A stretch of DNA of 64,000 nt from a virus (Duplodnaviria; Heunggongvirae; Uroviricota; Caudoviricetes). The stretch covers positions 71,731 to 135,730 of the IMG/VR virus record IMGVR_UViG_3300028833_000081; one strand, given 5' to 3'. Position 1 is the first letter of the stretch. Each line of letters opens with the position of its first letter. Shown piece after piece: positions 45,392 through 54,978 of this stretch. The translations under genes were made by a program, and so were the position numbers. The notes beneath the pieces are model-generated. The model saw only the letters and a list, made by a program, of their open reading frames with translations, did no database searches and was not told the origin of the DNA.

Positions 45392-45577
45392 ATGGACGAA
45401 TTAACCTTAAATCAACAAGGAAACGAGGAAATAAATATGTCTACATGCAAAAAATGTAAAGAAAAAGTAAATTTGCTTAATGCCTTTGTATATCTTGGGC
45501 TAGGCTGGACTAGATGGGTGTGCCCAAAATGTAATTACGAGCTGAATTATGAAAGAACAAACAAAATAGGAGAATAA
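45392..45577 (+). CDS. zinc-ribbon mini-protein (61 aa)
   Basis: CKKCKEK...CPKCNY. RBS agaggt upstream. Confidence 0.45.
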   Translation: MDELTLNQQGNEEINMSTCKKCKEKVNLLNAFVYLGLGWTRWVCPKCNYELNYERTNKIGE

Positions 45578-45579
45578 CC

Positions 45580-45807
45580 ATGAGCAATGAACTGAAAGCT
45601 TATACACAAGATGAAATCGTTGATTCTTCTATTGGCGATGACGTTTATCTTAAGCCAGATGTAGATAAGGTCATTGATGAACTCAAACGCAAGGACGGTA
45701 TTCTTTGCTCAACCATAAAGTGTATTCTGTATAGAGATCTTATGAAAGATTGTCCTGAAAAGGAATCTTTAAAGAAACTCGCAGCAGAAACAGGATGGTT
45801 CGAGTAA
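45580..45807 (+). CDS. hypothetical protein (75 aa)
   Basis: RBS aggagaataaccatg. Confidence 0.45.
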   Translation: MSNELKAYTQDEIVDSSIGDDVYLKPDVDKVIDELKRKDGILCSTIKCILYRDLMKDCPEKESLKKLAAETGWFE

Positions 45808-45808
45808 T

Positions 45809-46015
45809 ATGTTAATACTTCTCCTAGCATTGGCATTAATATTCTGGACTATACTTTTAGTCTGGTCGATGCGAAGGTACTATGTCAAATACTATCGAAA
45901 TATGTCACTAGAAATCTTTCATGAGGCTGTTATCTATGGTATGTATCTGGCGCTTGTGATAGGTGTTGAAGGCTATGGCTTCATCGCCTTATTTTCTCTC
46001 CTAGGCATCATATGA
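45809..46015 (+). CDS. two-helix membrane mini-protein (68 aa)
   Basis: Hydrophobic stretches ILLLALALIFWTILLVW and GMYLALVIGVEGYGFIALFSLLGII. Confidence 0.45.
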   Translation: MLILLLALALIFWTILLVWSMRRYYVKYYRNMSLEIFHEAVIYGMYLALVIGVEGYGFIALFSLLGII

Positions 46016-46035
46016 TGCCTTTTATTTTTCGTAGA

Positions 46036-46084
46036 TTTCTATGATCCAGCGTTATATTAAATAGAGAATCTTAACCATCAACAA
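46036..46084 (+). promoter_or_regulatory. promoter plus leader cassette (atttctatgatcc ... tatattaaatagagaatcttaaccatcaacaa)
   Basis: 32-nt segment 46053-46084 is identical to 56088-56119. Upstream TTCTATGATCC box. Confidence 0.5.
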
Positions 46085-46115
46085 CTTTGGTCTAATCTTT
46101 ATCAAGGAGGTAAAA

Positions 46116-46478
46116 ATGGCCAATAGGAGCGTTACAATAAAGGAGGTAGAAATGCTCAAAGCTTATAAAAAGCTCATGAAGGCACACCCGTCGAAAAAAT
46201 TGTTCTGTCATAACCTTAAACCCAAGGAAGTGACAGAAACAGTAGTAGACTGGCGTGACATTGATAGCTTAGAAGACCTGTGGAATGCAGGAACGGCTAT
46301 CGGTTTTATTCCTTGGGATCCAGCACCAGTGCTCATAAGTAGTGAACTGATGGAGCAAATCAGGGAATTGATTTCTGTGGGCAAAGCAGATATGGATAAG
46401 GAAGCTCTCAAGAATGATCCTATCCACCAGTTCTGCGAAAGTCTTCTGAAACCCACCAAATCTAAAGGAGGTAAATAA
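46116..46478 (+). CDS. hypothetical protein (120 aa)
   Basis: RBS aaggaggt upstream. Confidence 0.5.
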   Translation: MANRSVTIKEVEMLKAYKKLMKAHPSKKLFCHNLKPKEVTETVVDWRDIDSLEDLWNAGTAIGFIPWDPAPVLISSELMEQIRELISVGKADMDKEALKNDPIHQFCESLLKPTKSKGGK

Positions 46479-46482
46479 TATC

Positions 46483-46511
46483 AGGTCTACCTTCGGGTAG
46501 ACCTTTTATTT
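46483..46511 (+). terminator. rho-independent terminator (ggtctaccttcgggtagacc family)
   Basis: Identical stem-loop to 45321, followed by a T-run. Confidence 0.65.
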
Positions 46512-46577
46512 TTCACCAGTATATTAATCACTGAACATTAATCAGGGAGACTAATTGTGCGAAAGAAGGAAACACCA

Positions 46578-47279
46578 ATGTGGTACAGTCCGGAAAAGAC
46601 ATCCGTAGAGATGGCAAAAGAGACCGGAATAAAGCAGACCACTATTATTTCACTATTAACTAGGCATAAACTACCGTTTAAGCGAATGAAGTCTAAATGT
46701 GTACATAGGGATCCAATAAGAGACGGATGGTACGATGAAAGCAAAACAATTGCTGAGATGGCAACCATTTCAGGTATCCCTAAGTCTATGGTACGTGATA
46801 CTCTTATACGAAAAGGACTGACATACAAAGCAGAGAAACCTACTACTCCGGAGTGGTACAGCGCAGATAAAACAGTAAGGGATATGATGCGAGATTCTAA
46901 GAAAGCTGAAGGTACAATCCGGAGCTTTTTAAGTAGAACCAAGCTTCCGTATATAAAGGATCCTCGCAAGACTTTTGTATCAGAATGTACTTATGAGGAA
47001 TTCCTGAGATTCTACTATGAAGGTTTAACAGTAAATGAAATGCACTTAATATCCGGAATCAAGAAATCGTCTATAAAATCGTATTTATCGAAACATAAGC
47101 TTCCGTATACCAAGGTAGTTAATTCCTATACTGTAGGATCATGGTATAATCAGGAAAAGACAATAAAGGAAATGGAATACGATAGCGGATTATCCTTTGA
47201 CACTATTATGTCTATCATTAGGTCAAGGAAGCTTCCATACAAGAAAGTGAAGCCGGAACTTAAGTACGCCATAAAGTAA
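46578..47279 (+). CDS. five-fold tandem helix-turn-helix repeat protein (putative multivalent DNA-binding)
   Basis: Five units of about 45 aa, each WY..KT..EMA..GI....I...L.R.KLPYKK. ATG has gaagga upstream; the track shows an alternative upstream GTG at 46557. Confidence 0.55.
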   Translation: MWYSPEKTSVEMAKETGIKQTTIISLLTRHKLPFKRMKSKCVHRDPIRDGWYDESKTIAEMATISGIPKSMVRDTLIRKGLTYKAEKPTTPEWYSADKTVRDMMRDSKKAEGTIRSFLSRTKLPYIKDPRKTFVSECTYEEFLRFYYEGLTVNEMHLISGIKKSSIKSYLSKHKLPYTKVVNSYTVGSWYNQEKTIKEMEYDSGLSFDTIMSIIRSRKLPYKKVKPELKYAIK

Positions 47280-47280
47280 C

Positions 47281-47305
47281 AAGCCCTTCGGGGCTTTCTT
47301 TTTTG
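47281..47305 (+). terminator. rho-independent terminator
   Basis: Hairpin aagccc ttcg gggctt, then a T-run. Confidence 0.6.
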
Positions 47306-47350
47306 TATTGTATATTATACTGTGATTCATTTAACCAATAAAGGAGAATC

Positions 47351-47938
47351 ATGTCTAATTTCGACAATGAATGCCAAGCAGTAAAGAACATCCTAGTCAA
47401 GTTCTTTACATTCCTAAATGATGAAGAAGCCTGTAAGAACGCCGGATTTACTTTCTATAAGAAGTACTCATGGCACTATGATGGAGATAGCGTAAAGACT
47501 TACATACTCGCTAATGAGAAGCCTAAGAAAGAGTTTCTTCAGATGAACTTCGGTAGAGATACACGATATAATGACATCTATGACGTTCAAGGACAGATAC
47601 AAGGAAAGAGGTATATGCCATTTATTCTGGAATTTCTAAAGCAGAATGCTGCAGCATCAGATCTTACAAGCGGCTATATGCGAGACCGATTTAGTGGAAA
47701 ATATGACGATATTTTCCTTTCGCATACACAAATTAGAACGATTGACACAAAAGTAATTAAGCCAATGAATCCGCTTAAGACTTTGAATAAAATGAAGCCG
47801 GATGTTTCATTCATTAATCTCTTCCCCGGAGTCCATTGTCATGGCGGAAGGAATGAATTTAATAAATTCACTATGGAACGAATAGCAGTAGCTGAAAAAT
47901 TCTTTGATGCAATTATTGCAGGTGCCCTCAATAAATAG
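47351..47938 (+). CDS. hypothetical protein (195 aa)
   Basis: RBS aaaggagaatcatg. Confidence 0.5.
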   Translation: MSNFDNECQAVKNILVKFFTFLNDEEACKNAGFTFYKKYSWHYDGDSVKTYILANEKPKKEFLQMNFGRDTRYNDIYDVQGQIQGKRYMPFILEFLKQNAAASDLTSGYMRDRFSGKYDDIFLSHTQIRTIDTKVIKPMNPLKTLNKMKPDVSFINLFPGVHCHGGRNEFNKFTMERIAVAEKFFDAIIAGALNK

Positions 47939-47940
47939 AT

Positions 47941-47964
47941 AAAGCCCTTCGTGGCTTTCTTTTT
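47941..47964 (+). terminator. rho-independent terminator
   Basis: Hairpin aaagcc cttcgt ggcttt, then a T-run. Confidence 0.55.
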
Positions 47965-48002
47965 GATTTGTATATTATACAATAGAAACTTTTAGAGGTA
48001 AT
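47961..48002 (+). promoter_or_regulatory. promoter plus leader cassette, exact copy of 45348-45389
   Basis: Identical about 42-nt sequence including tgtatattatac and the agaggtaat RBS region. Confidence 0.5.
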
Positions 48003-48003
48003 T

Positions 48004-48318
48004 ATGGATGATGAATTTAAATTCAAACCAGAACTTCTTGGCTTATTCTTCTCGCAGAGATATCTCTTTGAGAAACATATAAAGGGCTATAAGGAAGAAA
48101 ACTATGGGTGGTACCAAGAAGGTGACAAGAAAGGTCTAAGAGGACGCATCACCGCTGATGGTGTGGAATTAGAATTCGATACCTTGGCATTTGAAAAGGA
48201 TCCAAGAAATATGGATCACAACTTTATCATGTTTGGAGGAGTTGCCCACAGCTTTAATGATTACTGTGATCAAGGCGAGATTGAGCAACTATTCTTAGAT
48301 ATGTCTGAATGGATTTAA
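48004..48318 (+). CDS. hypothetical protein (104 aa)
   Basis: Driven by the repeated cassette. Confidence 0.5.
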   Translation: MDDEFKFKPELLGLFFSQRYLFEKHIKGYKEENYGWYQEGDKKGLRGRITADGVELEFDTLAFEKDPRNMDHNFIMFGGVAHSFNDYCDQGEIEQLFLDMSEWI

Positions 48319-48345
48319 CTTTAAATCAAAAGAAGGGTATTAACG

Positions 48346-48486
48346 ATGCTTAAATTCGGCGGATTACTATTAGCCCTATCTGGTGCTGTTATGCCGTATG
48401 AGAATGCTTTTCAATATGCAGTCGGAGGTGTTATGATTTTTGTAGGAACAATTATTTTCTTAAATACCAAGGATAAACGTATATGA
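48346..48486 (+). CDS. membrane mini-protein (46 aa)
   Basis: Hydrophobic stretches GGLLLALSGAV and VGGVMIFVGTIIFL. RBS aagaagggtattaacgatg. Confidence 0.35.
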   Translation: MLKFGGLLLALSGAVMPYENAFQYAVGGVMIFVGTIIFLNTKDKRI

Positions 48487-48791
48487 TGAATAATTTGAAA
48501 GTATTTGATGTTGACAAGATGGCAGATGTGAGGTCATTGAGTGGCCGATTTTATCGAAAGTCCGATGTGGATGATGTCATTGCTGCGATGGACACCGAAA
48601 TTGAGAAGTTAGAAGCGGACTATAAGGAAGCCTGTGACCGCTTGAAGACTGCAAACCTCATTAAGGATGAGCAGAAAGCGAAAGCAGACAAACTACTTTC
48701 TTGTTTGAAGAGTCTAGTGATGCGCGACCTTATCAAGGATTGCCCGGATAAGACCTCTGCCATTGAAATCATAAAGGAGTATGACAAATGA
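48483..48791 (+). CDS. hypothetical protein (102 aa)
   Basis: ATGA overlap with the upstream mini-protein. Confidence 0.5.
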   Translation: MMNNLKVFDVDKMADVRSLSGRFYRKSDVDDVIAAMDTEIEKLEADYKEACDRLKTANLIKDEQKAKADKLLSCLKSLVMRDLIKDCPDKTSAIEIIKEYDK

Positions 48792-48988
48792 TAACTTGCG
48801 TAATTTTAGTGATTTTATGGGTAGCATATACAGTTGCCATTGGCAAATTCTTCTTTTACATATGCGATCTACCACCTGCACCACTGTTTGATGATAATTC
48901 TATAGGTATCTGCGCAGGATTTGTCCTTGCATTGGCTGGATGGATAGGATTCTCCATTTTTGTGTGGTGGTATCTATTTGGATGCTAA
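48788..48988 (+). CDS. two-helix membrane mini-protein (66 aa)
   Basis: ATGA overlap with the upstream gene. Hydrophobic helices. Confidence 0.45.
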   Translation: MITCVILVILWVAYTVAIGKFFFYICDLPPAPLFDDNSIGICAGFVLALAGWIGFSIFVWWYLFGC

Positions 48989-49037
48989 GAGGTATTTGAA
49001 TTATGGTGACAAATATACAACTGACTATGGAGATTAG

Positions 49038-49415
49038 ATGATAGATAAATCTAAATTTTATACTATTAGCGACATAGAGAGCGAATTTTCTGCAACAGTA
49101 ATTACTGCCATTAGACAACGAGACGAATATATTAAAGAATTGGAACGAATCAAATTCAAGTATGAATTTGGAAAGCACTTTGACCAGATTCATTCTTTCC
49201 TCTTTGAACTGGATTTCTGGGAAATTACTGAACTAATTGGCGAAGAATTTGACAGGAGATTCTCGTTTAAGAGCAAGAATGGCTGTTTTATTCTAAATTG
49301 TAAATTGGACGGTAATACTGAAAATTACAGAATCAAGAGAATTAGTGAAACTGAATATTTTGTAGAATGCGGGCTTGACAAGATTTTCAGTGAACTGGAA
49401 AAATTGGAGAAGTAA
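49038..49415 (+). CDS. hypothetical protein (125 aa)
   Basis: RBS ggagattagatg. Confidence 0.5.
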   Translation: MIDKSKFYTISDIESEFSATVITAIRQRDEYIKELERIKFKYEFGKHFDQIHSFLFELDFWEITELIGEEFDRRFSFKSKNGCFILNCKLDGNTENYRIKRISETEYFVECGLDKIFSELEKLEK

Positions 49416-49416
49416 A

Positions 49417-49893
49417 ATGAGCGATAAAGAACAACAGCTTCTTGATTTGTTTGAAAAACACAAGAAAGACTTAGACGGTGGTAGACTGGAAGCTCTTTTT
49501 GAATTTACTGAAGAGCTTGAAAAAGAATTAAAGCAAAGCCCTAAGTATGGAAAAATTACTACTGCAATTATGCACTCTTATATCATGAGTGCTTATCAGG
49601 TAGGACGTAAGCGAGCAGAGGACTACTATAAAGCACTAAGGAAAGATGAAGAAGAACACAGATTCCATTTGACTTGTGAAGAAACACCTCCAGATGGCGA
49701 ATTGGTTTACTGTGTTGGTAAAGATCACTGTACACAGAAGGAATTGTCCGGTATCTATTTCTATCATAGCGGATATTGGTGGACTGACGAACAACGCAAA
49801 TCTGACGAATGTTGGTTTGATGGATCTGGCATAAACGATTATGTATTCTATAAATGGATGAAACTTCCAAAGGATGAATCAAATGAAGATTAG
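49417..49893 (+). CDS. hypothetical protein (about 158 aa)
   Basis: Start moved to MSDKEQQ, with ggagaagtaaaatg upstream. Confidence 0.5.
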   Translation: MSDKEQQLLDLFEKHKKDLDGGRLEALFEFTEELEKELKQSPKYGKITTAIMHSYIMSAYQVGRKRAEDYYKALRKDEEEHRFHLTCEETPPDGELVYCVGKDHCTQKELSGIYFYHSGYWWTDEQRKSDECWFDGSGINDYVFYKWMKLPKDESNED

Positions 49894-50089
49894 TAAAATA
49901 ATTGAAGAACTCACCGAGCTAAAAGAAATCATTGGCGACAGGGAAGTAGAAGGATGCATGGCAAATAGCGCTGTGACATCTGTCAATATCTTGTACCTGA
50001 ATGATGAAGGTGGCTATACCAGTACATGTCTGGAAGGTGAGAAGCTGAAGGCAAAGACATTGGGCAATATGGCTAAAGAGCAAAATTAG
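49874..50089 (+). CDS. hypothetical protein (71 aa)
   Basis: Overlapping start, RBS aaggatgaatcaaatg. Confidence 0.4.
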   Translation: MNQMKISKIIEELTELKEIIGDREVEGCMANSAVTSVNILYLNDEGGYTSTCLEGEKLKAKTLGNMAKEQN

Positions 50090-50304
50090 CCTAATTTGAC
50101 TATACACAGAACTAATAAATGGCGATGTTACTGGATGCTTGCCAGTAAGCTCAACTAAGATAGAATGGTTCGCTCCTCCACGGAAAGAAGGTCGTTACGT
50201 GAGAGGAATCAGCGGGGCCGCAAGGGATCCACATGGCCTTCTTAGTGGAAACCCAGAATCTCAAGATATGCGCCTTGAGACTATTTTATCTTTGTTTTAA
50301 TTTT
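50090..50304 (+). other. GC-rich structured intergenic element (candidate small RNA)
   Basis: About 215 nt with no ORF and elevated GC. Nested pairings ccacggaaagaagg...ccttcttagtgg and gcgg-ggccgc. Ends at a family terminator. Confidence 0.3.
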
Positions 50305-50305
50305 A

Positions 50306-50336
50306 GGTCTACCCGAAGGTAGGCCTTTTATTTTTG
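50306..50336 (+). terminator. rho-independent terminator (ggtctacccgaaggtaggcc variant)
   Basis: Variant of the 45321 and 46483 hairpin, followed by a T-run. Confidence 0.6.
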
Positions 50337-50372
50337 ATTTGTATATTATAGAATAGACAATCTTAACCATGG
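50330..50372 (+). promoter_or_regulatory. promoter plus leader cassette (tttgatttgtatattatagaatagacaatcttaaccatgg)
   Basis: Hybrid of the two repeated cassette types. Confidence 0.45.
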
Positions 50373-50376
50373 AGTA

Positions 50377-50871
50377 ATGATGGACTACAAAAAGACTGAG
50401 GAATGCTATAAAGATATAAATGAGAGAATTAGTAGCCTGACAAGACTGATAGAAGCTAAAAATGACGAGCTAGCAGAATTAAAACAAGTTCTGAAGATGG
50501 AACTAAACAAAGAAAAACTGAAAGAATACCAAGACTGGAAGTTTGACAATAGATGGTTTGCCGAACTCGATCTTATTAACAAAGACCAAGAGACAGGTAA
50601 GATTTACTTCTATCATATAGAAAAAGCTTCAAAACCTGTGGTAGACGAGCGTGGAAATCCATTTGTTGATGCTAAAATTGATATAGAAATTGTCATAGAA
50701 ACATATCCGAATAGAGACAAGACTATCCGAGAAATGTTCAATGACAGTAAGCGGTTAAAATTGCGGCGTATAAAAGAAATTCCGGGAATGGTTGTGAGGG
50801 CCAAGGTAGAAGCTGCTCTTAATACTCTAGCAACACGACTTAATATGTTCTTAGGCCCAGATGAGGGATAA
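50377..50871 (+). CDS. hypothetical coiled-coil protein (164 aa)
   Basis: RBS ggagtaatgatgg. Confidence 0.5.
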   Translation: MMDYKKTEECYKDINERISSLTRLIEAKNDELAELKQVLKMELNKEKLKEYQDWKFDNRWFAELDLINKDQETGKIYFYHIEKASKPVVDERGNPFVDAKIDIEIVIETYPNRDKTIREMFNDSKRLKLRRIKEIPGMVVRAKVEAALNTLATRLNMFLGPDEG

Positions 50872-50880
50872 CCAAACTAT

Positions 50881-50910
50881 AAGGCATTTCTATAATGCCT
50901 TTCTTTTTTG
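50881..50910 (+). terminator. rho-independent terminator
   Basis: Hairpin aaggcat ttctat aatgcctt, then a T-run. Confidence 0.55.
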
Positions 50911-50952
50911 GTTAGTATATTATAGTATGTACATTAAACCTTAAGGAGACCT

Positions 50953-51495
50953 ATGTACACTATTAGTAGATTTATCGACGACATAGAAAAAGCTCTCTAT
51001 CCCTATCATCTCGGAGAGTTCAAAGTACATGAAGAAAAGAACAGCTGCGGATACCTAGAAGGATCTACAGATCTTAAGAAAGTTTCGTATATATGGTATG
51101 GCAAAGAGATTGCCAATATTATCCTTGACACTGACTTAGGTACGACTATCGTACATGCTAGAAAAAGTCTCGTTAAAGACGATTTGCATATTATTCATCC
51201 TTTCTTCTTGAAGAGATATGTAAGAAAGTGCATGAAGTATGAACTCAAGTGGATCAAAGGTAGAAACAAGATCTGGGATATCTTTGATGACATCCACAGA
51301 CCAAGACTAGACATGAATATTCCCTATAAAGAGAATAAGGAGATTGTGCTATCTCGAATTGCAGAGAAGTGCTTTGAAGAATATGCACAAAATGGTGAGC
51401 AACTAGGAATCTTCCTGAAAAAGATTGCGAAATATGTTGCCCCGAATTGGACAGTAGACATCAATGTTACAACTAACCCTAAAGAGGATCAATAG
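50953..51495 (+). CDS. hypothetical protein (180 aa)
   Basis: RBS aaggagacctatg. Promoter box tagtatattatag at 50914-50926. Confidence 0.5.
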   Translation: MYTISRFIDDIEKALYPYHLGEFKVHEEKNSCGYLEGSTDLKKVSYIWYGKEIANIILDTDLGTTIVHARKSLVKDDLHIIHPFFLKRYVRKCMKYELKWIKGRNKIWDIFDDIHRPRLDMNIPYKENKEIVLSRIAEKCFEEYAQNGEQLGIFLKKIAKYVAPNWTVDINVTTNPKEDQ

Positions 51496-52218
51496 ATGCT
51501 TAAAGCAATTAAGAAATTTTTGACTAAATTGTTCGGTGTTGATAATCACATTGACACCACCTTGGCAAATAGCCTAAAGCCTACACGTACTCCGTTAGAA
51601 AATCGTCTTTCTATCGAGGCTGAAGAGCTTGGAATTCTCATAGATTACCTTGTAAAAGTTCGTGAATCGCTCAATTACGAGAGTGTTATCAATGCAGCTG
51701 ATATCAAGATAACTTCTCAAGAAGTCCTTAGAGCTGCAGAACATGCCAAAACATTAGCGTATCTTGTTAAGGCTACCAAAGACAAAGGCTTTGACGAGAT
51801 CAAAGAACGTTTTATCAGGGCAATAGAGAATGCCGGAAAGAACGGTTACTACAGTGCAGTAGTATTCTTTAATTGTTGTATCGGCGTCATAGACAAGGAA
51901 TTTTATCTGCATAATAGTATTTTTAATGTAAATGATTACTATACGAATCTCATTCAAGCCGTTAATATATACGTTACCATTAAAGACCTACAGAAAAAAG
52001 GTTTCAAATTTAGAAGAACTGGATATGACTTTATTATCTCTACTGATGAAACAGTAGTAGATGAGCTTAAGATAGAGCCTAAGCTTCTTCATGTCTATAA
52101 GTCTTCAGAAGACATTGAGCCTTTACTGAAGGATTATGAAGTAAACGCAAAGAAGCTCTACGATGAATTCCCTGAGCTCTTTGGCCCCGAGCTTAAACAA
52201 ATATTCAATTTTAACTAA
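51496..52218 (+). CDS. hypothetical protein (240 aa)
   Basis: Start immediately after the upstream stop. Confidence 0.5.
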   Translation: MLKAIKKFLTKLFGVDNHIDTTLANSLKPTRTPLENRLSIEAEELGILIDYLVKVRESLNYESVINAADIKITSQEVLRAAEHAKTLAYLVKATKDKGFDEIKERFIRAIENAGKNGYYSAVVFFNCCIGVIDKEFYLHNSIFNVNDYYTNLIQAVNIYVTIKDLQKKGFKFRRTGYDFIISTDETVVDELKIEPKLLHVYKSSEDIEPLLKDYEVNAKKLYDEFPELFGPELKQIFNFN

Positions 52219-52227
52219 GGATTTTCT

Positions 52228-52665
52228 ATGACAAAAACAAAAATAAAAGAATTAGCCGATGAGACTGCATACTTGATTCTAGATACTCTTATTGCATATC
52301 CACTTAGCAGTGAAAGTCAAAGATGCGATGGAGAAGGATACCCATATTACGGCAGAGGAACTCCAATAGTGCTATCTGATGCTGATGAATTGGAAAAATT
52401 TAAGAGCGAATGTTTTTCCGTTATTGGGGAGAACGTATTTAATTCTCTTACTGTCGCTAAGCCTGGTAGCCAAAGTATTTATAATGGTTGCATTGAAGAT
52501 TATTGTAGTAAACAACTCAACAAAGCATTATACAATATTTTAAAGGATAGACCTAAGGATATTTACCAATTACTTAGAAATAATCTAGATGCAGCTGATT
52601 ATTCTGGATTTGACTTTATGGAAATTTTAGATGATCTTAAGAAGACATTCAGTATAGAACCTTAG
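52228..52665 (+). CDS. hypothetical protein (145 aa)
   Basis: RBS aaggattttctatg. Confidence 0.5.
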   Translation: MTKTKIKELADETAYLILDTLIAYPLSSESQRCDGEGYPYYGRGTPIVLSDADELEKFKSECFSVIGENVFNSLTVAKPGSQSIYNGCIEDYCSKQLNKALYNILKDRPKDIYQLLRNNLDAADYSGFDFMEILDDLKKTFSIEP

Positions 52666-52692
52666 GCTAAAATTCGATTTTGAATAGGAGAA

Positions 52693-53193
52693 ATGATGCC
52701 GAATTTCTTTAAATTAGTGCTCGACGTATACTCAGAATGTTTGAGGCATGTTTGGGCATGGACAAAAATACTACTGATCGGGCTTGCAGTTCTGCTGCCC
52801 GGTCTTATTTGCCTAATATACATGTTCGCTACTAATACTCCAGATATAGGGATCATCCCAAGTATTATAGTGATCTGGCTGATAGTTCTATGGGCTCCGA
52901 TCCCATTAAGGCCCTTCTTTTACAAAGACAAGGCGTTATTAGAAATGTACACTCAATACTTGATTCATGTAGCTGCAGCCATTTGTTTGGTTATCGCAGT
53001 CATCATCTATTTAGGGTGGATGTTTCTTCCAATACTCATAGAAGTAGCCATATGCACTATAGGAGATCGAAATCCTATGCCTCTTGAGGGGCTATTGATC
53101 TTGATAGGGAACCTTATATGGGGGCCAGTAGCTTACTGTATGTTTAACATGCTTTTAGAGAAGATATACAAGAATGACAAAAAGGAGTCATAA
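52693..53193 (+). CDS. polytopic membrane protein (166 aa, about 4 TM)
   Basis: Four hydrophobic segments. RBS aggagaaatgatg. Confidence 0.5.
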   Translation: MMPNFFKLVLDVYSECLRHVWAWTKILLIGLAVLLPGLICLIYMFATNTPDIGIIPSIIVIWLIVLWAPIPLRPFFYKDKALLEMYTQYLIHVAAAICLVIAVIIYLGWMFLPILIEVAICTIGDRNPMPLEGLLILIGNLIWGPVAYCMFNMLLEKIYKNDKKES

Positions 53194-53639
53194 TGAAAGA
53201 CCTCTATATGTTCGGTGTGAACATTGCAAAAGCCGACAGCCATAATAAAGTCTATTGCGAAGTACTCAAAGCTATAAAAGCAGGTATACAATCTGGAAAG
53301 AAGAGCCTTAGGATCGTCTGTACAGCTATATCTGATTCTAGAATAGCTACTGGGCCTTGGCCTATTCCTATTAAGATTGGAGACCACCCTGATGACCAAA
53401 GCGTCGGAGTGGTTTTCAATACAGGTTTCTATGATCTTTCTACTGTAACCGTTGAAGAACGAATGTCGTTCATGAAGGGCGCAATGGAAAAATTTGGGAA
53501 ATTAGCCTTATACTATCTATACAACATAGTCTTTCAAGTTATGTGTGAAGCCAATCATTATTATATCATCGCAGACCTAAACTACAAGTTCAGACTAAAA
53601 TTCGATTTCGAAAGGAGAAACAAAAATGAACCCATCTGA
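53193..53639 (+). CDS. hypothetical protein (148 aa)
   Basis: TAATG overlap with the upstream gene. Confidence 0.5.
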   Translation: MKDLYMFGVNIAKADSHNKVYCEVLKAIKAGIQSGKKSLRIVCTAISDSRIATGPWPIPIKIGDHPDDQSVGVVFNTGFYDLSTVTVEERMSFMKGAMEKFGKLALYYLYNIVFQVMCEANHYYIIADLNYKFRLKFDFERRNKNEPI

Positions 53640-54066
53640 AGAAATCTATGAAGGCATGATTGCATGTGATGAGAATGGCGAGTATGTCAAGCTTCAGAAG
53701 CTCGAAAATGAAACAAAGCTCGGAGATATGCCCAGAGGATTCGGAGATGTACTTATTGAGACATGGAAAACCGACGGGCAATGGAACAAGGATTTAGTTC
53801 CAAGCGAGTTCTTTTACTTTATCGAGCACAAAGATTATGACAATGAAGACTGCGAGACTATGTATTATGAAAGTGTGTCATCATTGATCGATGATTTTGA
53901 AAATTGGATGCTCGACGAAGATGAAGACAAATATGGCTATAAATATTTCTTGGACATGGAATCTCACGACTGTCCAAAAGAGTTTACCGTAGCCAAATTT
54001 GATCAGCTCATGAACTGGGCTTTCTCACTTAAACACAAGGTTGCTCTTGTAGCTGCCGAACACTAA
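53626..54066 (+). CDS. hypothetical acidic protein (146 aa)
   Basis: RBS aaggagaaacaaaaatg. Confidence 0.5.
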   Translation: MNPSEEIYEGMIACDENGEYVKLQKLENETKLGDMPRGFGDVLIETWKTDGQWNKDLVPSEFFYFIEHKDYDNEDCETMYYESVSSLIDDFENWMLDEDEDKYGYKYFLDMESHDCPKEFTVAKFDQLMNWAFSLKHKVALVAAEH

Positions 54067-54081
54067 CAAGGGAAATTCACA

Positions 54082-54675
54082 ATGGACAATAAAATCAAAG
54101 AACAGATTGACGCAATCTTTGCCAAGCATCCCGGCAATATGATTTGTCTTGAGATGTATGGTGATCAAGACTATGATGGAATCGCCACCCAACGTGAATG
54201 GGATGAATGGATGGAAAGATTCGACAATGAAATAGAGCTTGAACAAGCTCCTAAAGGTTTTCCGATTAAGAAAGCTGCGTTTGCCAATCTTGGATTCGAC
54301 TATGATAGTTTTCCGGCTGATGATATTCCAATCATCAACGATCTTTCTGGTCTTATCTGCAGTGTTCTGCCTTGGGAAATGGAAGATTTCAATGGCGAGG
54401 TAAACCATTACTGGTATGGTCTGGTAGTTGTCACGAGAGACTACAAAGTCCTTCGTGTTACTTCCGATGGTACTAGTCTTCTCTACAGATCTGAAATTGG
54501 TGATCTTTCCAAAATGGGATCCCAAGAAGAAGAAATCGAGAAGCTTGCTCTGGCTTCAATCAAAGAATCTGTCGGAAACATTCTTAGCAAGTTTAAGAGC
54601 GTAGTATCTGACAAAGGAAAGTCTCAGGTCTTTGGTATGGTTGAAGACTTGGATCGAGCAATCACGAAAGGCTAA
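54082..54675 (+). CDS. hypothetical protein (197 aa)
   Basis: RBS aagggaaattcacaatg. Confidence 0.5.
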   Translation: MDNKIKEQIDAIFAKHPGNMICLEMYGDQDYDGIATQREWDEWMERFDNEIELEQAPKGFPIKKAAFANLGFDYDSFPADDIPIINDLSGLICSVLPWEMEDFNGEVNHYWYGLVVVTRDYKVLRVTSDGTSLLYRSEIGDLSKMGSQEEEIEKLALASIKESVGNILSKFKSVVSDKGKSQVFGMVEDLDRAITKG

Positions 54676-54676
54676 A

Positions 54677-54952
54677 ATGAGTGGACTGAGATCGTATTTC
54701 TACTACGAAGATACTGTTATAACTCCGGCTACTCGTCGATATCGAGTATATCATGCAGACGAAGCCGATAAGTATATTGTGGAACAGAAAGAGCAGCTAC
54801 AAACAGAGCTTGATAAAAGTAACCGTCGTGTAGCTGCATTGGCAGAACTGCACTCTGCGTTGAAGCGTCTCGTTGTTAGCGGCTTTTTCAGCGGAATAAC
54901 CAAACAGACAATAGAAGGCTTGCTAAAAGATACAGACATCGATAATATATAA
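54677..54952 (+). CDS. hypothetical protein (about 91 aa)
   Basis: Start moved to MSGLRSYF, right after the upstream stop. Confidence 0.45.
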   Translation: MSGLRSYFYYEDTVITPATRRYRVYHADEADKYIVEQKEQLQTELDKSNRRVAALAELHSALKRLVVSGFFSGITKQTIEGLLKDTDIDNI

Positions 54953-54978
54953 GACTATGACTATTTAGGAGACAATCG

